Of a DNA stretch of 64,000 nucleotides, positions 26,522 to 36,500 are shown piece after piece. Under the pieces are notes generated by a model. That model worked only from the letters and a program-made list of their open reading frames with translations, had not been told where the DNA came from and ran no database searches. Each line of letters starts with the position of its first letter. Positions within the stretch are counted from its first letter, which is position 1. The position numbers were made by a program, and so were the translations under genes. This DNA comes from Oscillospiraceae bacterium. GTDB lineage: Bacteria > Bacillota > Clostridia > Oscillospirales > CAG-272. The DNA lies in assembly GCA_015063955.1 (NCBI GenBank), contig SVTD01000004.1, positions 949 to 64,948 on the forward strand. The letters are read 5' to 3'.

Positions 26522-27010
26522 ATGAAAAAAGTCGGAATCGTAATGGGAAGCGACAGCGATCTTCCTATTATCAAGAAAGCAACGGATACGCTTCGCGCTC
26601 TTGATATTCCTTTTGAGGTGCACATTTATTCAGCACACAGAACGCCCGATGAGGCGAGAGATTTCGCGCGCTCTGCACGCGATTGCGGCTTCGGGGTAAT
26701 TATTGCGGCAGCCGGTATGGCGGCTCATCTTGCAGGTGCTATTGCTGCAAATACTACTCTTCCTGTTATAGGTATTCCCTGTAAGGGACCCAATTTCGAC
26801 GGCATTGATGCTCTTCTTTCCACAGTTCAGATGCCCTCCGGTATTCCGGTTGCAACTGTTGCTGTGAACGGTGGAGTCAATGCCGCTTTGTTGTCAGCCC
26901 AGATACTTGCGGTATCTGATGCCGACGTTGCCGCAAAGCTTGATGCCAAGAGAAAAGCAGACGCAGAGGCGGTTCTTGCAAAGGATGCAAAGGTTCTCGA
27001 AAACCTTTGA
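26522..27010 (+). CDS. purE: N5-carboxyaminoimidazole ribonucleotide mutase (class I-like PurE)
   Basis: VGIVMGSDSDLP, SAHRTP, AAGMAAHLAGAIAANTTLPVIGIP. Confidence 0.95.
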   Translation: MKKVGIVMGSDSDLPIIKKATDTLRALDIPFEVHIYSAHRTPDEARDFARSARDCGFGVIIAAAGMAAHLAGAIAANTTLPVIGIPCKGPNFDGIDALLSTVQMPSGIPVATVAVNGGVNAALLSAQILAVSDADVAAKLDAKRKADAEAVLAKDAKVLENL

Positions 27011-27021
27011 TCTTAACGAAT

Positions 27022-27097
27022 GCTTTTCGCCGGGGGCGAAAAGCTACCGTGATTTTTGATTGTTAGTTTTTCATTCTTCATTTCCGCCGAGGGCGGA
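27022..27097 (+). other. Two intercistronic hairpins between purE and purF
   Basis: GCTTTTCGCC-gg-GGCGAAAAGC (27022-27043) and TCCGCC-gag-GGCGGA (27083-27097). Confidence 0.5.
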
Positions 27098-27112
27098 CAG
27101 AAAAGGAGTTTT

Positions 27113-28537
27113 ATGGGCGGTTTTTTCGGTGCGGTAAGCACCCGTGATGTCATCGCCGACGTTTTCTACGGCACAGACTATCATTCCCATCTGGGAACCC
27201 GTCGCGGCGGTATGGCAGCATACGCCGATGATATCGGTCTTCAGAGGGATATACATAATATTCAGAATTCTCCCTTCAGAACAAAGTTTGAGCATATTTT
27301 CGAAGAGATGCACGGTAACAGCGCTATCGGCTGTATCAGCGATACAGACCCTCAGCCTCTGCTTTTCCGCTCTAAGCTCGGTAAATATGCCATAAGCGTT
27401 ACGGGGCTTATCAATAATGCGGAGGAGCTTATCGATAAGTATCTCAATGAGGGCGGCGGACACCTGAGCGCCATGACCGGCGGCAGGGTAAATGCAGTTG
27501 AACTTGTTGCGGCGATCATAAATCAGTTCAATACCTTTGAAGAGGGCATCGGATTCGTTCAGGAAAAGATAGACGGATCTGCCACCATCCTTATTCTCGA
27601 GGAGGGGGGACGCATTATAGCAGCCCGCGATAAGCTGGGAAGGCTTCCCGTGCTTATAGGAAGGGATGACGACGGGTACTGCGTATCCTTTGAGTCCTTT
27701 GCGGCTGATAAGCTGGGATATACCCTTGAAAAGGAGCTTGGCCCCGGAGAGATCGTTGAGATCACCCCTGACGGCATTACACAGCTCGCCCCTCCGGGAG
27801 AAAAGATGCGTATCTGCTCATTCCTCTGGTCGTATTACGGATATTCAACTGCCTCCTACGAGGGAGTTAACGTTGAGACCATGAGATGCAGAAACGGTAT
27901 GATCATGGCAGAGCACGATATGGAGGCAGGCAACGCTGAGGGTATCGATTACGTTGCAGGCGTTCCCGATTCGGGAACCCCCCACGCTATCGGATATGCA
28001 AACCGCAGTCACATTCCCTTTGCCCGTCCCTTTATCAAGTATACTCCTACCTGGTCAAGAAGCTTTACACCTGCAAAGCAGGATGAAAGAAATAAGGTCG
28101 CAAAAATGAAGCAGATGCCCGTTCACGACCTTATCAAGGATAAAAACCTCCTCTTCGTGGACGATTCCATCGTCCGCGGAACACAGCTGAGGGAAACCGT
28201 TGAGTTTCTCTATTCAAACGGAGCGGCGTCAGTTCATATGCGCTCTGCCTGCCCTCCCATAATGTACGGCTGTAAGTATCTGAATTTCTCAAGAGCAACG
28301 AGCGATCTCGAGCTTATAACCAGAAGCACCATCCTGGAGCTTGAGGGCTGTGAGGGCTTTAAGCATCTTGAGGAGTACAGCGATCCCTCCACCGAGCGCG
28401 GACAGAAGCTTCGCCGCAATATTTGCGAAAAATTACATTTTGAGTCTCTTGAGTTCCAGACCATCGAGGGTATCATCAAGGCTATCGGCATCGAGCCCGA
28501 AAAGCTTTGCACGTATTGCTGGAACGGCAAGGAATAA
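27113..28537 (+). CDS. purF: Amidophosphoribosyltransferase homologue (PurF-like) lacking the N-terminal catalytic Cys
   Basis: PRTase domain intact (LLFVDDSIVRGTQLRE). N-terminus is MGGFFGAVS instead of MCG[IV]xG. AAGGAG RBS at 27103-27108. Confidence 0.85.
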   Translation: MGGFFGAVSTRDVIADVFYGTDYHSHLGTRRGGMAAYADDIGLQRDIHNIQNSPFRTKFEHIFEEMHGNSAIGCISDTDPQPLLFRSKLGKYAISVTGLINNAEELIDKYLNEGGGHLSAMTGGRVNAVELVAAIINQFNTFEEGIGFVQEKIDGSATILILEEGGRIIAARDKLGRLPVLIGRDDDGYCVSFESFAADKLGYTLEKELGPGEIVEITPDGITQLAPPGEKMRICSFLWSYYGYSTASYEGVNVETMRCRNGMIMAEHDMEAGNAEGIDYVAGVPDSGTPHAIGYANRSHIPFARPFIKYTPTWSRSFTPAKQDERNKVAKMKQMPVHDLIKDKNLLFVDDSIVRGTQLRETVEFLYSNGAASVHMRSACPPIMYGCKYLNFSRATSDLELITRSTILELEGCEGFKHLEEYSDPSTERGQKLRRNICEKLHFESLEFQTIEGIIKAIGIEPEKLCTYCWNGKE

Positions 28538-28555
28538 AATACGAGGTATATGATA

Positions 28556-29608
28556 ATGCATAACGAATCCAGAAGTGAAAGCTACGCAGCTGCGGGCGTT
28601 GATATTACCGCAGGCTATAAGGCTGTTGAGCTTATGAAAAAGCACATAGCAAGAACAAGAAACGAAGGCTGTCTTGATGACGTGGGCGGCTTTGGCGGCT
28701 GCTTTGGCCTTAATGTTCTTGGTATGGAGGAGCCTGTTCTCGTTTCCGGTACAGACGGATGCGGTACCAAGGTAAAGATGGCTATCCTCATGGATAAGCA
28801 CGATACCATCGGTGTTGACGCTGTTGCAATGTGCGTTAACGACATCATCTGCTGCGGCGCACGTCCTCTCTTCTTCCTTGACTACATTGCCTGCGGAAAG
28901 AACGTTCCCGAGAAGATCGCTGCTATCGTTGGCGGTGTGGCTGAGGGCTGCGTTCAGTCCGGCGCTGCTCTCATCGGCGGCGAGACCGCAGAGCATCCCG
29001 GTATGATGCCCGTTGAGGAGTACGACCTTGCAGGCTTTGCCGTAGGTATCGTTGACAAGAAGAAGATCCTTGACAACAGCAAAATGGCAGAGGGCGACGT
29101 TGTTATCGCTCTCGCTTCCAGCGGTGTTCACTCCAACGGCTTCTCTCTTTGCCGTAAGGTGTTCGACATCGACAATAACCCCGATTCTCTCTACGTTTCA
29201 AACGAGAAGCTGGGCGGCAAGTGCATCGCTGAAACTCTTCTCACACCTACAAAGATCTACGTCAAGTCCGTTCTCGCACTTCTCGAGAAGGTGGACGTTA
29301 AGGGTATCTCCCATATCACCGGCGGCGGCTTCTATGAGAATATTCCCAGAAGCATTCCCGACGGACTGTGTGCAAAGATCAATAAGAGCGCGGTAAAGGT
29401 TCTCCCCATCTTCGACCTCATTATGGAAACGGGCAATATCCCTGAGCGCGATATGTATAATACCTATAACATGGGCGTCGGCATGAGCATCGTCGTTCCC
29501 GCGTCTGACGTTGATGAGGCTCTTGAGATCCTCAAGGCTCACGGCGAGGATGCATACGTTATCGGTGAGATCGTTCAGTGCGACGAAACAAAGATCATTC
29601 TTGAATAA
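28556..29608 (+). CDS. purM: Phosphoribosylformylglycinamidine cyclo-ligase (AIR synthetase)
   Basis: [37 protein letters not shown]. An alternative ATG lies at 28550. Confidence 0.95.
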   Translation: MHNESRSESYAAAGVDITAGYKAVELMKKHIARTRNEGCLDDVGGFGGCFGLNVLGMEEPVLVSGTDGCGTKVKMAILMDKHDTIGVDAVAMCVNDIICCGARPLFFLDYIACGKNVPEKIAAIVGGVAEGCVQSGAALIGGETAEHPGMMPVEEYDLAGFAVGIVDKKKILDNSKMAEGDVVIALASSGVHSNGFSLCRKVFDIDNNPDSLYVSNEKLGGKCIAETLLTPTKIYVKSVLALLEKVDVKGISHITGGGFYENIPRSIPDGLCAKINKSAVKVLPIFDLIMETGNIPERDMYNTYNMGVGMSIVVPASDVDEALEILKAHGEDAYVIGEIVQCDETKIILE

Positions 29609-29615
29609 TAAGACC

Positions 29616-30221
29616 ATGGCTGAAAAGAAAGCAAAGGTAGCCGTTCTGGTCTCAGGCGGCGGAACAAATCTTCAGGCGCTTATAGATGCCCAGCATTCGG
29701 GCATCATCAAAAGCGGAGAGATAACTCTCGTTATCTCAAATAAAGAGGGCGCATATGCCCTTGAGAGAGCGAAGAACGCAGGCATCGAAACTGCAGTCGT
29801 TCTCAAAAGGAACTACAGCGATGCCCTCGGCTTCGAGGAGGCCATCAAGGCCATTCTCACAGAAAAGGAAATAGACGTTATCGTCCTTGCGGGCTTTATG
29901 TCTATCCTTTCCGAAAGCTTTACCGGCGCTTATCCCGAAAGGATCATAAACGTACATCCTTCTCTTATCCCCTCCTTCTGCGGCGCAGGCTTCTACGGCC
30001 TTCGCGTCCACGAGGCAGCCCTCAGCTACGGCGTCAAGGTAACGGGTGCTACCGTTCACTTTGTAAACGAGATCCCCGACGGCGGCCGCATCATTATGCA
30101 GAAGGCAGTTGAGATCGAGGAGGGCGATACCCCCGAAATTCTCCAGAAGAGAGTAATGGAGCAGGCGGAGTGGAAGATACTTCCTCTGTCTCTTGAAAAA
30201 GTTTGTTCAGAATTAAAGTGA
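29616..30221 (+). CDS. purN: Phosphoribosylglycinamide formyltransferase
   Basis: VAVLVSGGGTNLQALID, NVHPSLIPSFCG, GATVHFVNEIPDGG. Confidence 0.93.
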   Translation: MAEKKAKVAVLVSGGGTNLQALIDAQHSGIIKSGEITLVISNKEGAYALERAKNAGIETAVVLKRNYSDALGFEEAIKAILTEKEIDVIVLAGFMSILSESFTGAYPERIINVHPSLIPSFCGAGFYGLRVHEAALSYGVKVTGATVHFVNEIPDGGRIIMQKAVEIEEGDTPEILQKRVMEQAEWKILPLSLEKVCSELK

Positions 30222-30231
30222 GGATAAACAA

Positions 30232-30945
30232 ATGAACGTATACGAAACAAAGACAATGGCAGAGCGTCTCTGCGGAAACAGTTACCCTGGCCGCGGTATC
30301 GTCCTCGGCGTAACTGCCGACGGCAAGAAGGCAGTAGCCGCTTACTTCATCATGGGACGCAGCGTAAACTCCCGCAACCGCGTTTTCTGTGAGGAGCCCG
30401 ACGGAATCAGAACAGAGGCATACGATCCCAGCCTTATGGTTGACCCCCACCTCATCATCTATCATCCCGTACGTGAGATCGGTGATGGCCTTATCGTAAC
30501 GAACGGCGACCAGACGGATACTGTCTGGGAATACCTTGCAAAGGGTGAGAGCTGGGAGGCAGCCCTCAGAACCCGCCAGTTTGAGGACGACCGTCCCAAC
30601 TGGACTCCCCGTATCTCCGGCATTCAGGCGCGCGACGGCTCTTATAAGATGTCTATCCTCAAGGCGGCAGACGCAGAGGGAGCAGCCTGTGCGAGATTCT
30701 TCTACGAGTACCCCGCAACTGCCGGTGTGGGCCACTTTATCCATACGTACGTGTGCGACGGAAATCCCGTTATCCCCACCTTCCAGGGCGAGCCTGAGAG
30801 AGTATCTATCCCCGATACTGTCGATGAGTTTGCAGACGAGCTTTGGACAAACCTCGATGAAAACAATAAGATTTCCCTTTTTGTAAGATATACAGACCTT
30901 GAAACACGCGATACAGAGCAGATCATCATCAATAAGCATGAGTGA
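30232..30945 (+). CDS. purO: IMP cyclohydrolase, archaeal PurO-like type
   Basis: YPGRGIVLGVTADGKKAVAAYFIMGRSVNSRNR resembles the PurO/IMP_cyclohyd family. It sits immediately upstream of an AICARFT-only purH. Confidence 0.8.
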   Translation: MNVYETKTMAERLCGNSYPGRGIVLGVTADGKKAVAAYFIMGRSVNSRNRVFCEEPDGIRTEAYDPSLMVDPHLIIYHPVREIGDGLIVTNGDQTDTVWEYLAKGESWEAALRTRQFEDDRPNWTPRISGIQARDGSYKMSILKAADAEGAACARFFYEYPATAGVGHFIHTYVCDGNPVIPTFQGEPERVSIPDTVDEFADELWTNLDENNKISLFVRYTDLETRDTEQIIINKHE

Positions 30946-30960
30946 TTAAGGAGAAGAAAA

Positions 30961-32145
30961 ATGAAAGAATTCGAACTTAAATACGGCTGTAACCCTAACC
31001 AGAAGCCCTCTAAGATCTTTATGGCAGACGGCTCTGAGCTTCCCATCGAGATCCTTTGCGGACGTCCCGGCTATATCAACTTCCTCGATGCATTCAACTC
31101 CTGGCAGCTCGTAAAGGAGCTCAAGGAGGCTACGGGTCTTCCCGCAGTTACATCCTTCAAGCACGTAAGCCCTACCAGCGCCGCTGTCGGCACTATCCTT
31201 CCCGAAAAGCTCAAGAAGGCTTGCTTTGTAGACGATATCGAGGGACTTGACGAGTCTCCCCTTGCCTGCGCTTATGCCAGAGCACGCGGTGCAGACAGAA
31301 TGTGCTCCTTCGGTGACTGGGTAGCTCTTTCCGACGTATGCGACGTAACAACGGCAAAGCTTATCCAGCGTGAGGTTTCCGACGGAATCATCGCCCCCGG
31401 CTACGAGCCCGAGGCACTTGAGATCCTCAAGTCCAAGAGAAAGGGCACTTATAACATTGTTAAGATCGATCCCGATTACGTTCCCGCGCCCGTAGAGCAT
31501 AAGCAGGTGTTCGGAATCACCTTCGAGCAGGGCAGAAATACTTTCGAGATCAACCGTGAGCTTCTCACGAACATCGTAACAGAGAACAAGGATCTTCCCG
31601 AGTCTGCTGTCCGCGATCTTATTATCGCGCTCATTACCCTCAAATACACTCAGTCCAACTCCGTTTGCTTTGCAGTAGACGGACAGGCTATCGGCGTAGG
31701 TGCAGGCCAGCAGTCCAGAGTTCACTGCACGCGTCTTGCAGGCGGCAAGGCTGATACTTGGTTCCTCAGACAGCACGATAAGGTCCTCTCTCTCCCCTTC
31801 AAGGCTGAGATCAGAAGACCTGACCGTGATAACGTTATCGACGGCTACATCAACCGCAACGAGGAGGACGTATGCGCTGAGGGCAACTGGCAGAAGTACT
31901 TCACAGAACGCCCCGAGCCCCTCACAGACGAGGAGATCCGCGCATATCTTGACACGATTGACGGCGTAGCTCTCGGCTCTGACGCTTTCTTCCCCTTCGA
32001 TGACAACATCGAGAGAGCAAAGAAGTCCGGCGTTAAGTACATTGCAGAGCCCGGCGGCTCTATCCGTGACGATATCGTTATCGAGTGCGCAAATAAATAC
32101 GGTATGGCTATGGCATTCACGGGAATGCGTCTTTTCCATCACTAA
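30961..32145 (+). CDS. purH: AICAR formyltransferase (PurH AICARFT domain only, no MGS-like cyclohydrolase domain)
   Basis: LKYGCNPNQ, SFKHVSPTSAAVG, GAGQQSRVHCTRLA, EPGGSIRDD. Confidence 0.9.
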   Translation: MKEFELKYGCNPNQKPSKIFMADGSELPIEILCGRPGYINFLDAFNSWQLVKELKEATGLPAVTSFKHVSPTSAAVGTILPEKLKKACFVDDIEGLDESPLACAYARARGADRMCSFGDWVALSDVCDVTTAKLIQREVSDGIIAPGYEPEALEILKSKRKGTYNIVKIDPDYVPAPVEHKQVFGITFEQGRNTFEINRELLTNIVTENKDLPESAVRDLIIALITLKYTQSNSVCFAVDGQAIGVGAGQQSRVHCTRLAGGKADTWFLRQHDKVLSLPFKAEIRRPDRDNVIDGYINRNEEDVCAEGNWQKYFTERPEPLTDEEIRAYLDTIDGVALGSDAFFPFDDNIERAKKSGVKYIAEPGGSIRDDIVIECANKYGMAMAFTGMRLFHH

Positions 32146-32158
32146 TATCGTTTACCTT

Positions 32159-32196
32159 GGGGTTGCTTCGTTTTTGAAAATAAAACGGTCAACCCC
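32159..32196 (+). other. Composite intercistronic hairpin between purH and purD
   Basis: GGGGTTG...CGTTTT-loop-AAAACG...CAACCCC. Confidence 0.5.
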
Positions 32197-32254
32197 TGTG
32201 GTGCATTTATAAGAAGTAAATAAATCATAAAAAATAAAGGAAGGTACGCCTGAT

Positions 32255-33514
32255 TTGAAGATACTTGTAGTCGGCGGCGGCGGCAGAGAGCACGCCATAA
32301 TCAAGAAAATTAAAGAGAATAAAGAAGTAAAAGAGATCTTTGCCCTCCCCGGAAACGGCGGAATGGTAAACGACGCAACCTGCGTGAATATTAAGGCGAC
32401 GGATATTGACGGTATCGTAAATTTTGCGGTGGAAAATACTATTGACTACGCAATAGTTGCCCCCGATGATCCTCTTGTAATGGGCTGTGTAGACGCCCTT
32501 GAGGAAAAGAATATCCCCTGCTTCGGTCCCCGTGCATGTGCCGCAATAATCGAGGGAAGCAAGGCGTTTTCAAAAAAGCTTATGAAGAAGTACGGTATTC
32601 CCACCGCGGCCTTTGAGGTCTTTTCAAAGCTTGAGGATGCTCTTGAGTATCTGAAGACAGCCCCTATCCCCACAGTAATCAAGGCAGACGGTCTTGCTCT
32701 CGGTAAGGGAGTGATCATTTGCCAGACCCGCGAGGAGGCAGTAACCGCCGTTACCGAGATGATGGCAGACGGCAAGTTCGGCGACAGCGGTAAGACCGTT
32801 GTTATCGAGGAATTTCTCGAGGGTCTCGAGGTATCCGTTCTTTCCTTCACAGACGGAAAGTGCGTGGTTCCCATGATCTCCTCAATGGACCATAAGCGTG
32901 CGGGCGACGGTGATACGGGCCTTAACACCGGCGGTATGGGTACCGTAGCTCCCAATCCCTACTACACGAAGGAAATTGCCGAGCGGTGTATGCAGGAGAT
33001 ATTCCTGCCCACAGTCGGCGCAATGGTAGAGGAGGGAAGAACCTTCAAGGGCTGCCTCTACTTCGGACTTATGCTTACGGAAAAGGGCCCCAAGGTTATT
33101 GAATATAACTGCCGCTTCGGCGATCCCGAAACTCAGGTGGTTCTCCCCCTTCTTGAAACCGACCTTCTCACGGTTATGAGAGCGGTAACAGAGGAAAAGC
33201 TTTCAAGCGTACCCGTTAAATTTGCAGATAAGAGTGCGTGCTGTGTCATTATGGCATCAAAGGGATATCCCCTCGCATACGAGAAGGGTTATGAGATAAA
33301 TATTCCCGATGAAATTGCAGACAAGGTATACGTTGCCGGAGCTGCAGAGAAGGACGGCAAGGTGGTAACGGCAGGAGGACGAGTTCTCGGTGCCGTTGAG
33401 GTTGCCGATACTCTCCGCGAGGCTGTAGACGGCGCATACGCACTTGTAGATAAGATAAGCTTTGAAAATGCATACTACCGTCACGATATAGGCGAGAGAG
33501 CACTCAAGGCATAA
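32255..33514 (+). CDS. purD: Phosphoribosylamine--glycine ligase
   Basis: KILVVGGGGREHAI, ATP-grasp core, IEYNCRFGDPETQ. TTG start with an AAGGAAGG RBS. Confidence 0.95.
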   Translation: MKILVVGGGGREHAIIKKIKENKEVKEIFALPGNGGMVNDATCVNIKATDIDGIVNFAVENTIDYAIVAPDDPLVMGCVDALEEKNIPCFGPRACAAIIEGSKAFSKKLMKKYGIPTAAFEVFSKLEDALEYLKTAPIPTVIKADGLALGKGVIICQTREEAVTAVTEMMADGKFGDSGKTVVIEEFLEGLEVSVLSFTDGKCVVPMISSMDHKRAGDGDTGLNTGGMGTVAPNPYYTKEIAERCMQEIFLPTVGAMVEEGRTFKGCLYFGLMLTEKGPKVIEYNCRFGDPETQVVLPLLETDLLTVMRAVTEEKLSSVPVKFADKSACCVIMASKGYPLAYEKGYEINIPDEIADKVYVAGAAEKDGKVVTAGGRVLGAVEVADTLREAVDGAYALVDKISFENAYYRHDIGERALKA

Positions 33515-33534
33515 GCATTACAGAGGTGACACAT

Positions 33535-36500
33535 ATGGTATACAGAGTTTTTGTAGAAAAGAAAAAAGAGCTTGCTCACGAGGCAAAGGCGCTCCTTTCC
33601 GATGCGAGAACCCTTCTCGGAATCGAAGCTCTCACAGATGTCCGCGTTATCAACAGATACGATGCGGAGAACATCGAGGCAGACCTTTTTGAGTATGCTA
33701 AAAAGACAGTATTTTCCGAGCCCCAGCTTGATACGGTATGCGAAGAACCCGAGCTTTCCGGCGCATACGTGTTTGCTGTAGAGTTCCTTCCCGGTCAGTT
33801 CGATCAGAGAGCAGATTCTGCGGCACAGTGTATTCAGATCATTTCTCAGGGCGAGCGTCCCCTCGTCAGAAGCGCTAAGGTATATGCTCTTTACGGAGAC
33901 CTTACAGAGGAGAATATCGCAGAGATCAAGAAGTACGTGATCAACCCCGTTGAGGCAAGAGAGGCGGCACTTGATAAGCCTGAAACTCTCGCTATCGAAT
34001 ACGAGATCCCCACAGAGGTTGCAACGCTGGACGGCTTTACAAAGCTTGACCGAGAGGGACTTGCAGAGTTTATCAAGTCCTACGGCCTTGCAATGGATAT
34101 TGACGACATCACCTTCTGCCAGGAATACTTCCTTACTGAAAAGCGTGATCCCACCATCACCGAGATCCGTATGATCGATACCTACTGGTCCGATCACTGC
34201 CGTCATACAACCTTCCTTACGACCATCGATAACGTAACCTTTGAGGACGCTCTTATCCAGAAGGCTTACGAGGAGTATATCGATACCCGTCGCGAGCTTG
34301 GCAGAACAAAGCCCGTCTGCCTTATGGATATCGCAACTCTTGCAGTTCGTTATCTCAAGAAGGAAGGCAAGCTTGAGAAGCTCGACGAGTCCGAGGAGAT
34401 CAACGCTTGCACAGTTAAGATCGATATTGAAGTAGACGGAAAGCCCGAAAAGTGGCTCCTTCTCTTCAAGAATGAAACACATAACCATCCCACAGAGATC
34501 GAGCCCTTCGGCGGTGCTGCAACCTGTATCGGCGGTGCTATCCGTGATCCTCTGTCAGGACGTTCCTACGTATATGCCGCAATGAGAGTAACAGGTGCGG
34601 CAGACCCCCTGAAGCCTGTGAGCGAAACTATCAAGGGTAAGCTTCCCCAGCGTAAGATCGTAACGACTGCTGCTGCAGGATATTCCTCCTACGGTAACCA
34701 GATCGGTCTTGCAACAGGTATCGTTGACGAGATCTACCATCCCGGCTATGCCGCAAAGAGAATGGAGATCGGTGCCGTAATCGCGGCAGCTCCCGAGGAA
34801 AACGTTCGCCGCGAGCGCCCCTGCCCCGGTGACGTTATCATCCTTCTGGGCGGAAGCACGGGACGTGACGGATGCGGCGGTGCAACAGGTTCCTCCAAGT
34901 CCCATACGGAGCAGTCCCTCGAAAGCTGCGGCGCTGAGGTACAGAAGGGTAATGCTCCCGAGGAAAGAAAGCTCCAGAGAATGTTCCGCAGAAAAGAGGT
35001 TACACAGCTCATCAAGAGATGTAACGACTTCGGCGCGGGCGGCGTATCCGTTGCTATCGGTGAGCTTGCAGACGGTCTTGATATCGACCTTAACGCAGTT
35101 CCCAAAAAGTACGAGGGCCTTGACGGTACTGAGCTTGCAATCAGTGAGTCTCAGGAGAGAATGGCTGTAGTAGTTGAAAAGGAAAACGTAGAAAAGTTCC
35201 TCGCCTTCGCCGATGAGGAAAACCTCCAGGCACGTCCCGTTGCTACGGTAAAAGAGGACGCAAGACTTACAATGTACTGGAACGGCAAGACTATCTGCGA
35301 CATCAGCCGCGAGTTCCTTAACTCAAACGGTGCCGAAAAGCATATAGACGTTACCGTTGCCAAGGCCGAGCCCTACGCAAAGAAGATCGAGGGCACAATT
35401 ACAGAGAACCTTAAGGCGGCGGCAGACGACCTTAATATTTGCTCAAAGCGCGGCCTTTCCGAGCGCTTTGACTCCACCATCGGCGCGGGCACGGTGCTCA
35501 TGCCCTTCGGCGGAAAGAACCAGCTCACACCTATCCAGGCAATGGTGCATAAGGTGTCCGTTGAAAAGGAGCATACAGACGACTGCTCCTTTATGTCCTG
35601 GGGCTATAACCCCTTCATCACAGAAAAGAGCCCCTACCACGGCGCATACCTTGCAGTAGTTGAGTCTTGTGCAAAGCTTGTGGCATCGGGCGCAGAATTT
35701 AAGGAAGTATATCTCACCTTCCAGGAGTATTTTGAAAAGCTCGGCCGCGATGCGAAGCGTTGGGGCAAGCCCACGGCGGCCCTCCTCGGTGCCTTCAAGG
35801 CTCAGAAGGAGCTTGGAATCGGCTCCATCGGCGGTAAGGACTCCATGAGCGGAAGCTTTGAGTCTCTTGACGTTCCTCCCACCCTCGTTTCCTTTGCTGT
35901 AACTATGGGTAAGGCAGACGAGGTGGTTTCTCCCGAATTTAAGAAGGCAGGCAATAAGGTATATCTTGTTGCTCCCGAATACGATGAAAACGGTCTCCCC
36001 GTGACCGAATCCCTCCTTGCAGTCTTTGATAAGGTAACTGCTCTCATGAGAGCGGGTAAGGTTGTGGCAGCATACACCCCCACTCTCGGCGGTGTAGGCG
36101 AGGCTGTTATGAAGATGTGCTTCGGTAACGGTCTCGGCTTTGACTTCGCTGACGGCTGGTGCCCCGTTTGTGCGTTTAAGTATAACTACGGTGCGTTCGT
36201 TCTTGAATGCACGGAGGATATCGAGGGCGCAAGACTTGTAGGCTGCGTAACCGATGAGAAGGCTATCACCCTCGGCGCAGAAAAGATCTGCCTTACAGAG
36301 CTTCTCGGTATCTACGAGGATAAGCTTGAGAGCGTTTACTCCTGCAATATCAGTGCAGAGGGCAAAAAGATCGAGAACTTCGATTATAAGGCAGAAAAGA
36401 GAGTAGCTCCCGCAATAAAGGTAGCCCGTCCCAAGGTGCTCATTCCCGCATTCCCCGGCACAAACTGCGAATACGACTCCGCAAAGGCTATGCGCGATGC

